DNA of 64,000 nt from Tubiluchus corallicola. Lineage: Eukaryota > Animalia > Priapulida. Within the stretch, counting starts at the first letter, position 1, and each line of letters begins with the position of its first letter. Position numbers and translations under genes: made by a program. The notes under the pieces are model-generated. The model was not told where the DNA came from. It saw nothing but the letters and a program-made list of their open reading frames with translations, and did no database searches. The DNA lies in NCBI GenBank assembly GCA_030141605.1, contig JAQGDQ010000348.1:1-64000 (forward strand), read 5' to 3'. This document shows positions 25,501-36,121 of this stretch, in pieces.

Positions 25501-28500
25501 TATTGATGACACGTACACGTGCATTCGCAAATCAAACTTAAGCCCTTTGATAAGATATGGCCTCGATACGTACCTATTAATAAAAATATTTACATAATTA
25601 GTGTCGGAAAACACAATCTTTAAACTGTCAAATTTAACCTAAACCAATATACCAGAAGTATTGGTATATTACAACTGTAAAACAATATATTACAGTTTTT
25701 ATTGTAAAAGAAAGGCCAAGTCTTCTGGGAAGTTAAGGTTATATGAATGTTTGCGAAATATTTTAGAATGATTTAGTAATAAAACTGCAATAAATGAATC
25801 GTGTAATTAATAAAATCACTTTAAAGTCGCGATCACTTCATGCTTAGGCGCTACCATTTTGAACGCTCATTTTTCCACCAATGATGTCATTCACCCGAAA
25901 AAAGTAGCACACTGTCAAACTGCGTCAAAATAGTATACGTTTTTACAAAAAAATAGATTCCTAATTTTGGCGTGAACCTTAGGTACCTTAGGATCTCTAG
26001 GTAAGCTGCAGAAGTTTGAATTAGTTTAAGTAGCGCCCTTACAGAAAGCCACGACACGCTTACAAAAAGTCACGAAGTCTCCCAGTTACGTCATGATTTT
26101 CAAGTGAATGGCGGCAACCACCGCACCTGAAAATTTCTATTCAGATTTAGCATGTTTTAAATTTATGTTTTATATACAGTTTTCTTTGCAAATTTTTTGT
26201 TATATTTTTTATATAAATATGTCATATAAACATTATATATCTATATATGTTTAAATGACAACAGTCAAATAAACCCAACATACTAAGTGACTTGTTTTTT
26301 CTCTATGATAGATGCTCACCTTTGAACAACTTGTCTTCCGCACGGCACTTCTGTCAAACTTTTGATTACCTTAATACCTTGGCCTGATGATTTGTCTGGC
26401 TATAAAACATTGAGATATTAAAAGTCAGAAAATATAACAATTTATCTCAAATAAATTTACTTCTCTTTTACATGATTTCTAAAGGCCTTCACTCTAGTGG
26501 GTTCATTTACTCTGATTAGTTGGGCTGTGAAACATTTAGCTGCAAAAAAGGCGTCAAAAAATCTAGCAATTTAACAAAGATAAATGTATTTCTTTTTGAT
26601 GAATTTTAAGAAAGTGGAGTCCAAACTGAGTGCTTGTTCTGATGGGCTGAAAGACGCCTAGATATAAGAACAGCAGAGAATGTAACAAAACAATTAAAAT
26701 CTATTAGTTCTCGTTTTCTGGAATACAGAGAAGTACTCTTAGTCTAGATCTTTGTTCTGGTGAGAGTGGTGTCAAAAAGTATCAGATAAATTAGCAAAAA
26801 CAACTAAAACATGCGGGAAGAAAAACAGTTTAAATAATCTTCATACAGTCGCAATATTATATACGCGAGCTGTTGAAACAGTTTGTTTCTAATTTATCAA
26901 GGCTACTGAAGTAGTGTTTGTACCGTATCAAAGCTACTGAAGCAGTGTTTGTACCGTATCAAAGCTATTGAAGCAGTTTTGTACCGTATCAAGGCTACTG
27001 GAGCAGTTTTTGTACCGTATCAAAGATACTGAAGCAGTTTTTGTACCGTATCAAAGCTACTGAAGCAGTTCTTGTACCGTATCAAGGCTACTGGAGCAGT
27101 TTTTGTACCGTATCAAGGCTACTGGAGCAGTTTTTGTACCGTATCAAAGCTACTGAAGCAGTTCTTGTACCGCATCAAGGCTACTGAAGCAGCTTTTGTA
27201 CCGTATCAAAGCTATTGAAGCAGCTTTTGTACCATATCAACGCTATTGAAGCAGTTTTGTACCGCATCAAGGCTACTGAAGCAGTTTTTGTACCGCATCA
27301 AGGCTACTGAAGCAGTTTTTGTACCATATCAACGCTATTGAAGCAGTTTTGTACCGCATGAAGGCTACTGAAGCAGCTTTTGTACCGTATCAAAGCTATT
27401 GAAGCAGCTTTTGTACCATATCAACGCTATTGAAGCAGTTTTGTACCGTATCAAGGCTACTGAAGCAGTTCTTGTACCGTATCAAGGCTATTGAAGCAGT
27501 TCTTGTACCATATCAACGCTATTGAAGCAGTTTTGTACCGTATCAAAGCTATTGAAGCAGTTTTTGTACCGTATCAAGGCTACTGAAGCAGTTTTTGTAC
27601 CGCATCAAGGCTACTGAAGCAGCTTTTGTACCGTATCAAAGCTATTGAAGCAGCTTTTGTACCATATCAACGCTATTGAAGCAGTTTTGTACCGTATCAA
27701 GGCTACTGAAGCAGTTCTTGTACCGTATCAAGGCTATTGAAGCAGTTCTTGTACCATATCAACGCTATTGAAGCAGTTTTGTACCGTATCAAAGCTACTG
27801 AAGCAGTTTTTGTACCGTATCAAGGCTACTGAAGCAGTTTTTGTACCGCATCAAGGCAATTGCTGCTGTTTTTGCGCCCTATCAAGGCTATTGGGGCAGT
27901 TTTGTACCGTATCAAGGCTACTGAAGCAGTTTTGTACCGCATCAAGGCTACTGAAGCTGTTTGCTGTTTGTGAAATTCGCTGTGACCTGGCTGCGGAACC
28001 TAAGGACAAACCTGCCGATCTTTTATATTTCAGAGAAGTTAATGTTTAAACTCAGTGAGTTTGTTTATTCTGATTGGCTGTAAATAATTTAAATTAAAAA
28101 CAACATCAGTAAACATAACACAAGTTACAGAATTGGAAACTATTTTTCTTTCTTCTGTATGAAAAAGTATGTCTTACATTGAAAATGGTAATAACTAGGG
28201 AAAAACATGACGAAATATCTGTGTTCTTCTAACTTTATCTAACTAAAATTAAAGACCCCAAGGCATGAATCTATTCAATTTATTTCTTAAATTGTTATTG
28301 AATTCTCTCCTAATTTCAGCGTGCATAGCCGAATGCGGAAATATCTGTATTTTTTAACTTTATTTTAATAGACACATTGAAGTACGTGTTCTAGTTGTGT
28401 TGTTTATTCTGGAGCTTCTGAAGGCGTTTGAGCAGGAAGGCCAAAAATTCTAGTTATGCAGCTACGTGCTGCTAGTTATACAAACCGGTTTCAGAATCCA

Positions 28501-31500
28501 CAGTTTGTCTGGATGATTTGCCACAAACTTCTGATATTTGAACAGATCTTCTGGTAAAATGAAGGTGTAGGGCATGAAGTTAAACTCTTCTGATCCAAAC
28601 TTGGAACGCATCGCTTTGTAGTTCCACCACAGGTTATCCTTGCGCATGCTTTCTCCAGGAAAATGATCGTACTGTAAATATTAGCCATGTATTATGTATG
28701 CAGTAGATCAGAAAACTGCTACTGGATAGTTGCTAAAAGTAAAAATGTAAAGAAATGATGGACTGGCGTGAAGAAACGACAACTTAAAAAGCACAAGAAA
28801 ACCCTCCACTTACATAAAGCTTGTCTTGAAATTTTATACCACTCACATACTGCCTTTTTGCATGCAGGGTTTGCATCGGCAGTAACGCTGTATAAAACTT
28901 GTAAATTTAGACTCCCGCGATGACTGTTAGGCTCAGCCGTTTTGATCATAGGTCATTTGAAATAAGTTTAGATAACATTGCGTAAAGTTTGGAAAAATAA
29001 TCAGAGCATTCGTAGCTTACCTGTTACTAACTAAATGAACTTTTAAATACTGTATCTTGTCAATAAGATTAAAAATGCATTTTTGGTTAGTGAGTGGCGC
29101 ACCCTGGAGGGTGAGGCAGCGACATTTTAGCAATTGGCACGAACGTTTTAAATGATTAGTCTAGTTACATAAGTCTTTGCAGCAGGTAAGTGAAATGCTA
29201 AGTAATATAGATTTGCATAGAAAGTTTTTTGAGTCAGAATTTAACGTTTCCATTTTTCCCCGATTTACGTTTGTGTAGGTGACGTCATGTAACGGCGACT
29301 TTGGAACAGTATTGCGGAAAATTTAAAATGAAAACAAACAAAAATTCCTTTTACGTTGAGTACGATATAAGAAAAAAATGCTATAAAGTATCATTATATT
29401 TCAAGGCGCTTTTTTTCTGAAACCTGCTTTAGGTACTCCTTTTCTTCTTCTCTAAATATCCAAAGGAGAACAAACGTCAACGTAAAATACATTTGTGTAG
29501 ACATTGTTAACATTTTACGTTTGGGCCCTTATTCTTAAGACCATTGTCAGCAAACAATATATATATAAACCATAAAGTTAAAAATAGTCAGAACATTTGT
29601 TGTATGGGGCTCGGAAGGGATAAGTAGTTTGGGAAAGTTTTGGGGTCAGAATCATAACGACGGGGTCATAATCCACCAGTATTAATTACTTTATGTAGCG
29701 AGTCAGATTAATAATACGTCAATCAGGCAAGCCAAATGCTAAGTAATATAACTAAGGTTTTTTGGAACATACTTTAAAGTTTCCTTTTCCTCCACTTTAA
29801 CTTACTTATTGCAACATAGGAATTGGTTTGTTATCAAGGACAACTTTAAATCTAAGATAAGCCACTGAACTGTCAGACGTACCGTATTTTCCCGTGTATA
29901 AGAGACCCTTGTGTATAAGAGACCCCTTCAATTTTTAGGCAAAAATTCTGGAAAAAAGTTTTTTTCAGACGGACATTTTTAGAGGGTAAAGTACAACTTT
30001 TTTCAACTCAGTGCGGTACTGAAAACAAAATAAAACCAGTTAATGTGTTGTAGAAAAAGAGTACTGGTATATATTAAAGTGCGTACCTGCAAACCTGTAA
30101 CAGGAAAAGAGAAAACGAGGAGATAATGCCTGTGTCACGATGCTTGTATTGCTTACAACCGCTTCATAGTCGAACGCGACACGCAAAACAGTTGTAGAGC
30201 ACTTATTTCTTTAAAATCATTAGTGTCACAATTTATGCATCTTATTGAAAAGACTTACTCCCATGTATAAGAGACCCCCTATTTTTAAAGTGAAAATTCT
30301 GAGCAAAAAAGGGTCTCTTATACACGGGAAAATACGGTATTTTAAATTTCAGTGGTTTATATATGAGTAAATTTCCTATTAGCAGTACAATGAGCAATCC
30401 TATGTTTTGCACTAGTTCTAATATCAACTGGCGAAAAATTAGACTGGCGACTGGCAAAATGATGCACTGGCGAAAAGATAGATTGGAAAAATTATGCACT
30501 GGCAAAATGTACTACTATTTAAATACTTATTGCACTATTTTTATTATCAACTGGCGAAACGACGTACAGTCCAATACATCTTCCCACAACAAGTTAAATA
30601 GCTAGAGAAGCATGGCGAATAAAACCGCCCAAAGAATTTTCTAAGATTTATCCATCCATTTGCTGACTATACTCAGCTTTGCTTAACTTTGGTCGATACG
30701 CACACTCTGCTATTATTTTTGCACCAGCAGTTACTTAATGATTGTTTGTCTCCTCGCCAAGATCATATTCACTGATGCAAATGAAAACATTATGACTTTC
30801 ATAATGGCTGTGCAGTAGATTCCTTACCTTTTGGAAGTGCTTTAAGTTTGCATAGTTTTCGTTGCTTATTTGAAAACACGAGCATCCTAACCAGGTATCG
30901 TCAAGTTTATTTGCTAAAAAAATACAAAACAAAACAAAAACAAACAATACATGCAACATAAAAATCTGCCATATTATTTAAGCGAGTCCATGGAGATTGC
31001 TTAAGAATAGGCAGTTCTACTACACAAACTCAAAAAATTAAAACTGAACAGCAAAAAATCAGAAGTGCTCAGCAAAAATCCAAAACTCTCAACAAAAAAT
31101 CAAAAGTACACAACAAAAATTCAAAAGTTGCCAGCATTAAATCAAAATTGCACAACAACAAATCAGAAATGCACAAAAAGAAATCAAAATTGCACAATAA
31201 GATATAAGAATTGCGCAACAAGAAATGAAAAATGCATAACAAGAAATCAGAAATGCACAACAAGAAGTCAAAATTGCACAACAAGAAATGAAAAATGCAT
31301 AACAAGAAGTCAAAATTGCACACCAAGAAATGAAAAATGCATAACAAGAAATTAGAAATGCACATCCAGAAACCAGAAATACACAACAAGAAATCAGATA
31401 TGCACAACAAGAAATCGAAAATGCACCACAAGAAAAATCATATTTACAACAGCAAATCAAGTCAATACCGGACAAGAACAACCAGAAACAACAAACCGAT

Positions 31501-34500
31501 CCATAAAAAGATGCCAGAGGTTGACATTAATTAAAAATCGTCAAATAAAAGTTGATTTTTTTCAAATCGATTTTCAGATCGTCCTATTTTTTAATGTTTT
31601 TCAAACAATACAGCTTTGACAAATGCAACCTAGCCACGGGGGGGGGGGGGGCAAGCCAGCCCAACTCAGTGCCGGTCCCAAGCCCGGCTAAATAGGGAGG
31701 GTTAGGGTCAGGAAGGGCATCCGCCTATAAAAACTGCGCCAAAACCTTCTGTGAATGAGTCGGTGAGACTTAAAGGTAAGGCGATGGTATGGACACCTGA
31801 AAAGAAGAGTCAGTGAAGATCATGTGGGAAGGGAAGACATAAACGAAGGGATGGTCAACAACAGGAATGCGTGGAGAAGACTCATTCACAACGGCGACCC
31901 GCATAGTGAAAAGCTGGGAAGAAGAAGAAGACAGCTTTGACAAATGCAGATAACAGACACATGGTGGAAAAATCTACACTATTTCAAGGGTATCGAGTTA
32001 CATATTTACCAAAACTGTGTTTGCATCTGTGTTTAATTAAAGGGCAAGAAAGCACTCCTCATAAATTCGAAATTGAAACCTTGCATCACTGTTTTTATTG
32101 CGTACAGAGCTTATATTAACATTAACGCTGCATAAAACTTGTAAATTTAAACGTCCTCGATGACCGTTAGGTGCAGCCATTTTAACAGTAAGTTGCTCGA
32201 AATAAGTTTAGGTAACATTGTGACAAGTTTGAAAAAATAATCAGAGTATTCATAGCACACTTTGCGCTAAATAATTTAAAATATTACTTTAGAATGTCAG
32301 TAAGGTTAATACCGTTAATTATTTGTTTTTAATTGTGAGCCAGTTATTTGTGAGCCATTGATGCACACTGGGTTGGCGATGCTGTGCTATTTTACCTGGT
32401 GGCGCCAATATTTTAAATTATGAAGAATTTTCTTTCCCAATTACGTCATTAGAACAGGTAAGCGTAATGCTAACTGATATATTTTCCTAGGCGTATTTTG
32501 GATTTAATTTAAAATTACCATTTTTCATTAAAACTTCATTTAAAATTCCTTTAAACTTAACGCGAAGCCTTTTAGGAGGTATGTAGGAAAATACTTAGCA
32601 ACAATATGATATTCTGTAAGAGCACACTTACTTGTGAGATGAAAGTTGGAATGCCAGAGGATAGCAACTGCATGAGAATCTTTTCTACTAATCTTAAATT
32701 TCAGGAGTTTCTTCATGTGCACAGGAAGTTCGTCAACTGTAGAAATGCAAAAAAACTCAGTAAGAACGTTATAAAACATGGCACACAGTCAAAAGTTCAA
32801 AGGTCAATGTCAAGTTTGGACGTGGTATATTTCGAAATGAGAGGTCAAATATCATTATCGCTGATAGACATGATACATTGTGAGCTCACAAGTCGAAATT
32901 CAAAGTTAGGAATAAATATGGTACATTACATAGTCAAAAGGTCAAAGGTTAATGCCAACAATATATTATATATTATGAGGTCGAAGGGTCCAAGGTCAAA
33001 TGCTAACATGGTGTGGTATAAGATTGTTTGTCTGCCAATATGAAAATTTTCTCAAAGTAAATAATAGAAATTTACTAAAATTTTGCAGTAGATTTGTCTT
33101 TAAAATGCAGAAGGACTAAATTTAAGTTGTCAGAGTTTTAATAGCAGCTGGATAATGAAACTTGTATCAACGTGTTTGGTAAAATTGAGCCCATTTATAT
33201 TTACGCACGCGTCAGTGTGTAAGCACTTTCCTGCGTTGACAGATTACTGTTGTTGACAGCAGGCATCCACCGTTAACCCCAAATATTACCAAATTTTGAT
33301 CATTTGAGAATTCAACTAATCACAATTAGTTTTGCACAACATTTTGGGACTAGCAAAACGTGAAAACTTGAAACGTGAATGCACGCCAAGCATTGTCTTG
33401 CACTCTTTAAAGGAGAAGAAAAGGGATACCTGAAGTAGGTATCAGAAAAATCGCCTTGAAAATTATATTACTTTACAGCAGATTTATGGATACAACGTAC
33501 TCGCGTTGAAGGAATTTTAGTTTGTTTTCATTTTAAATCTCCCGCAGAACTGTTCCGAAGTCGCCATTACATGACGTCACCTACACAAACTTAAATCAGG
33601 GGAAGAAAAGACAATGTTAAATTATGTCCCAAAAATCTTTCCATGCAAGTATATATTACTTAGCATTTCGCTTACCTTCTGCAAGGACTTATGTAACTAG
33701 AAATAATAATTTAAAATGTTCGTGCCCATTGGTAAAATTTCGCTGGTTCGCCCTCCAGGGTGCACCACTCACTAACCAAAAAACTTATTTTTAATCTTAT
33801 TGACAAGATACAGTAATTTAAAATTTTACTTAGTAATATGTGTGCTACGAATGTTCTGATTATTTTTCAAACTTTACTCAATGTTATCAAAACTTGTTTC
33901 AAACGACTTACCATTAAAATGGCTGCGTCTAACAGCCATTGCGGAAATCTAAATTTATCAATTTTATACAGCGCAAGTGGTATAAAATTTCAAGACAAAT
34001 TTGTCAAGCCTTATGTAACTGGAGGGTTCTCTTGTGCTTTTGACCCTTTCAGTAAAAACTATAGATGTATGCAACTATAGCTAGTACTACAATAAGAACC
34101 TCCTAAATAACTTTACCTATTTGACCAGGTAAAGCGAAGTTGATTACAGGTGTAACATTGGAGAAAATACTGGTGATAAGTGCCGGAATTCTTCTCGGAC
34201 ACACGTCTTCTAATGAAGAATTGTCTGACTGATGAGAAGAAAGATCTTTCCATATTCTGTCATGGATTTCTGAAACGAAATTTATTCTGTGAATTAATTT
34301 AAATTTACAAAAAGTAGGAACCCTTAAACGCATCTCAGAAATAACACTAATTTGCCTCAGATAGGTTTAATTACGTGATGGTCATTACTGACATTACAAG
34401 TGGCTGAATATCACTCATTCCATAATAATTGTACGATATAGAACTTGTTCTGCTAATTAACACAGATTATTTCCCAGAATATTTCCCAGATTATTTCCCA

Positions 34501-36121
34501 GAATAGTGAAAACGAAAAACAAACAAGGAATAAGAAAGAAAGGTGACAACGTTTCAAATTACCAATGTAGTTCTTCCTCTGGTGAAAAAAAACAGCAAAA
34601 AAGACTAAAGAAAAATCATAAATATTGTAGTTGTAGTAACCCTAACAATCTAAATCTGTGTAGAGAATAACATCAATCATTTTAAAATTATTATGTCTTA
34701 AAAGTGTCGATGATCTTAGATGTCAAATTTTTTAAGACACACTTAAAGCAAAAAACCGGACCCAATCTTAAACTGAAGGTCAAAACAATCTAATATTTTA
34801 AATATCGAAAGGAAACATACTATTTTTTCAAAAATAAAAGAATTGTTACCTCACAAACACAATTTCACGTTCGTGCCACTAGTTCTTCACTGTTACGCGC
34901 ATTTCACCGGCATCTACAAGTTAGACGGGCACTAGCGCCTGCATTTCGGAAACGCGTTGCACAAAAAACAAGTGCTGTACCTCTCAGCTCAGATGTGTTA
35001 CTTTGTTACGTACTGCACACGTTTGACAGCTCATGCATAAATTTGAAATTTGAATTTTTATCTTAAAACTTGTCTAGTTTTAGTACGACACACTGAATAT
35101 CTTGCAGTAGCACTGTACCTCAATTTTCGCTTTGACAAACACGTGCAACACGCTCGTGGAATATTTTTGATGTTGAAAATTAAGTTAGTTTGTGAAGTCA
35201 TCAATAGTTGGGCCCGCCCGACGTTAATTAAGATTTTAATCTATTATTCAATTATCAGAAACGCTTTTGCAGTATTAATAATGATAAAATGTAGACTTTT
35301 TATCGGACTTGAAAATATGGTACTATATGAAAAATCATCCTTTAATAACATTTTATCCTATGTTGTTCTCAACTCTGGTATTTCTATATGTTCACTGGGA
35401 TGAAATTTTAATATACTTTTAATGTATGTATCATTCATGTAGAGAATTTTCTTTTTAATGAACCTTCTCTTTAGTCTTTCTTAATCTTTGTAAATGATTT
35501 TTACGTATGTAGCTAATTTTATTTTATCTTTTTCAATCCGTATAAGACTACGTCTATGTCTACTTGTTGAAATGAAAGAATAAATTTAAAATGAAAAATT
35601 ACCATGCCACTGTCTAAATTGTAGTCATGCAAGGACTTAACTCTACAGTCAGAAACGTAGCAAAAGAAAACAGAGCAAACTTGAAACTTGGACTGAAAAA
35701 AAGAGTTTACTACACGATGAACATCGCTGGTCGATAAAGGACTTATGTATAATTAGGTTTTTTTTAATATTAGTAGGGCCTACTTGAAACATTAACATTA
35801 CATCTGTACTACGGGAGTTAAAAATGATCGATAAGAGATCGTTGGATCGTGTATGAATTTATACACATGCACATGAACACTCACACACACATGCACACGC
35901 ACACGCACGCATATGACTTATACAGTTAACAAGCTCATAATTTCCCCCCGAAATCATCGCCTCAGTCGGTTCGACTCAGGACACAGCTGAATATTTAAAA
36001 TGCTCAATGAATTTCAAAATACTTCTATATAAGGTAAAACTGTAACTTATTACATACCTGTACTTCCGGTTAGATGAAAAACTAGAGTTAGAACAAGAAA
36101 CAAACACAACCGGGGTTTCAT
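12366..36121 (-). CDS. TTLL4: TTLL4-like tubulin-tyrosine-ligase-family (ATP-grasp) ligase, 14 coding exons, 578 aa, with predicted N-terminal signal peptide
   Basis: Manual join(36121-36058, 34269-34117, 32736-32632, 30913-30828, 28671-28486, 26399-26320, 25573-25445, 24317-24195, 22404-22306, 21656-21525, 19928-19821, 17483-17363, 17216-17006, 12505-12366) = 1737 nt, open throughout, GT-AG introns. Motifs HFPG..RKD, WILKP, VQRY, KFDLR, RFAT, HLTN, HKW, YGYDVM, WLLEVN, plus the TTLL4-type C-terminal block [25 protein letters not shown]. It is a divergent TTLL4-like paralogue; orthology is not established. Confidence 0.9.
13040..16510. repeat. 35-bp satellite organised as a 70-bp A/B dimer, about 99 monomers (TTLL intron 13)
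   Basis: A=AGACAACTTAACTGTACTATTCAAGAATGATTCGC and B=AGACAAGTTAACTATTCTACTCAAGAGTGACATTG alternate. Confidence 0.97.
17006..17216 (-). CDS. TTLL4-like exon 13 ([24 protein letters not shown]...KYHNNPEE)
   Basis: Strong resemblance to the TTLL4/TTLL5 C-terminal helical block. Donor G|GTAAGA. Confidence 0.93.
17363..17483 (-). CDS. TTLL4-like exon 12 (EFFPQENV...[13 protein letters not shown]...)
   Basis: L..DE..K motif. Acceptor ttttcag, donor GAG|GTAACT; phases match both neighbours. Confidence 0.85.
18139..18666. repeat. 41-bp tandem repeat, about 13 copies (intron 11)
   Basis: Unit AACCTTTCCTTCCGCTTACACATATGTTGTGCCAAACACAC. Confidence 0.95.
19420..19591. repeat. 11-bp tandem repeat (GTGCTATTACA)n
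   Basis: Directly visible. Confidence 0.9.
19821..19928 (-). CDS. TTLL4-like exon 11 ([25 protein letters not shown]...)
   Basis: RD..NLAG motif as in TTLL4. Acceptor tactttag, donor AG|GTAAGT. Confidence 0.88.
20079..21248. repeat. 73-bp tandem repeat, about 16 copies (intron 10)
   Basis: Unit CAGGGCCTTTTCAATGTGGATGCTGAGACCATAATCTGATTCATTATCAAGTATAACCATCTAAGATGAACCA. Confidence 0.97.
21525..21656 (-). CDS. TTLL4-like exon 10 (AESEIYHL...[22 protein letters not shown])
   Basis: Metal-binding Asp and EVN motifs. Acceptor tcttacag, donor GG|GTATTA. Confidence 0.93.
22306..22404 (-). CDS. TTLL4-like exon 9 ([32 protein letters not shown])
   Basis: Resembles TTLL4 ALKALWNYL..IKDVVVKT. Acceptor tttttag, donor AG|GTAATT. 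Confidence 0.9.
22435..22590. repeat. Compound (ATG)n(AAT)n microsatellite next to the exon 9 acceptor
   Basis: Directly visible. Confidence 0.95.
22900..23380 (+). mobile_element. Dispersed repeat copy ending in (TA)n, related to 700-1048
   Basis: Sequence similarity to 800-950; GC-richer than its flanks. Confidence 0.6.
23450..23659 (-). mobile_element. tRNA-derived SINE
   Basis: Minus-strand head with A-box-like TGGTCTAGTCGT and B-box-like GAGTTCGATAC. A more decayed relative lies at about 11640-11752. Confidence 0.65.
23760..24120. mobile_element. Inverted pair of Penelope-like termini with hammerhead-core remnants
   Basis: 23760-23897 is an imperfect reverse complement of 23980-24120. 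CTGATGA..GAAA core at 24066-24090. Confidence 0.5.
24195..24317 (-). CDS. TTLL4-like exon 8 ([21 protein letters not shown]...AHKW)
   Basis: HLTN motif. Acceptor tttttcag, donor TG|GTAGGT. Confidence 0.93.
24577..25045. repeat. 42-bp tandem repeat, about 11 copies (intron 7)
   Basis: Unit TTGTTCTTGCTCTGTTCAATCCCAAAAACCAAAATAGTAGGA. Confidence 0.93.
25445..25573 (-). CDS. TTLL4-like exon 7 ([23 protein letters not shown]...RFATK)
   Basis: KFDLR and RFA signature motifs. Donor AG|GTACGT. Confidence 0.95.
26320..26399 (-). CDS. TTLL4-like exon 6 ([27 protein letters not shown])
   Basis: GxGI loop and VVQR. Acceptor ttttatag, donor AG|GTGAGC. Not in the ORF track because it is short. Confidence 0.9.
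26895..27962. repeat. 30-31-bp tandem repeat, about 34 copies (intron 5)
   Basis: Unit TGTACCGTATCAAGGCTACTGAAGCAGTTTT. Confidence 0.96.
28486..28671 (-). CDS. TTLL4-like exon 5 ([18 protein letters not shown]...WILKP)
   Basis: TTL-domain start motifs and the ATP-binding Lys of WILKP. Acceptor tttacag, donor CCG|GTTTGT. Confidence 0.93.
28783..29455 (+). mobile_element. Non-autonomous DNA transposon, Kolobok-like family copy 1
   Basis: Colinear with 48184-48843 and inverted relative to 33411-34045. Confidence 0.75.
29882..30337. mobile_element. Tc1/mariner-type MITE
   Basis: Perfect TIR CCGTATTTTCCCGTGTATAAGAGACCC at both ends, flanked by TA target-site duplication. Confidence 0.9.
30828..30913 (-). 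CDS. TTLL4-like exon 4 ([14 protein letters not shown]...KHFQK)
   Basis: Acceptor ttttttag, donor AAG|GTAAGG. Contains the WLGC motif. Confidence 0.88.
31040..31440. repeat. Degenerate 21-bp tandem repeat (AAATCAGAAATGCACAACAAG) (intron 3)
   Basis: Directly visible; it gives rise to the 7-aa periodic ORFs in the track. Confidence 0.85.
31628..31930 (+). mobile_element. Short non-autonomous RTE-related retroposon with an 18-bp TSD
   Basis: ACAGCTTTGACAAATGCA is duplicated at 31610-31627 and 31931-31948. RTE-like 5' motif CCCAAGCCCGG..GGAAGGGCATCC; (GAA)n tail. Confidence 0.8.
32632..32736 (-). CDS. TTLL4-like exon 3 ([17 protein letters not shown]...HSNFHLT)
   Basis: Acceptor tttctacag, donor A|GTAAGT. 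Resembles TTLL4 VEKLP..RKLLRWKMS. Confidence 0.88.
33411..34045 (-). mobile_element. Non-autonomous DNA transposon, Kolobok-like family copy 2 (inverted)
   Basis: Begins ttaa-AGGAGAAGAAAAGGGATACC; reverse complement of the 28783-29455 and 48184-48843 copies. Confidence 0.75.
34117..34269 (-). CDS. TTLL4-like exon 2 (IHDRIWKD...[23 protein letters not shown])
   Basis: Acceptor tttcgtttcag, donor G|GTAAAG. Resembles the TTLL4 PAL..SLF.NV.P.I.F block. Confidence 0.82.
34745..35400 (+). mobile_element. Dispersed repeat also present at about 42995-43700
   Basis: Shared blocks cccaatctta.actg.aggtcaaaacaat, cacaaacacaatttc..gttcg.gccacta and ttgcacaaaaaaca.gtgc.gtacctc. Confidence 0.7.
36058..36121 (-). 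CDS. TTLL4-like exon 1: signal-peptide exon [21 protein letters not shown]
   Basis: ATG at 36121 directly preceded by an in-frame TAA. Donor CAG|GTATGT is phase 1, matching the exon 2 acceptor phase. Confidence 0.7.
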
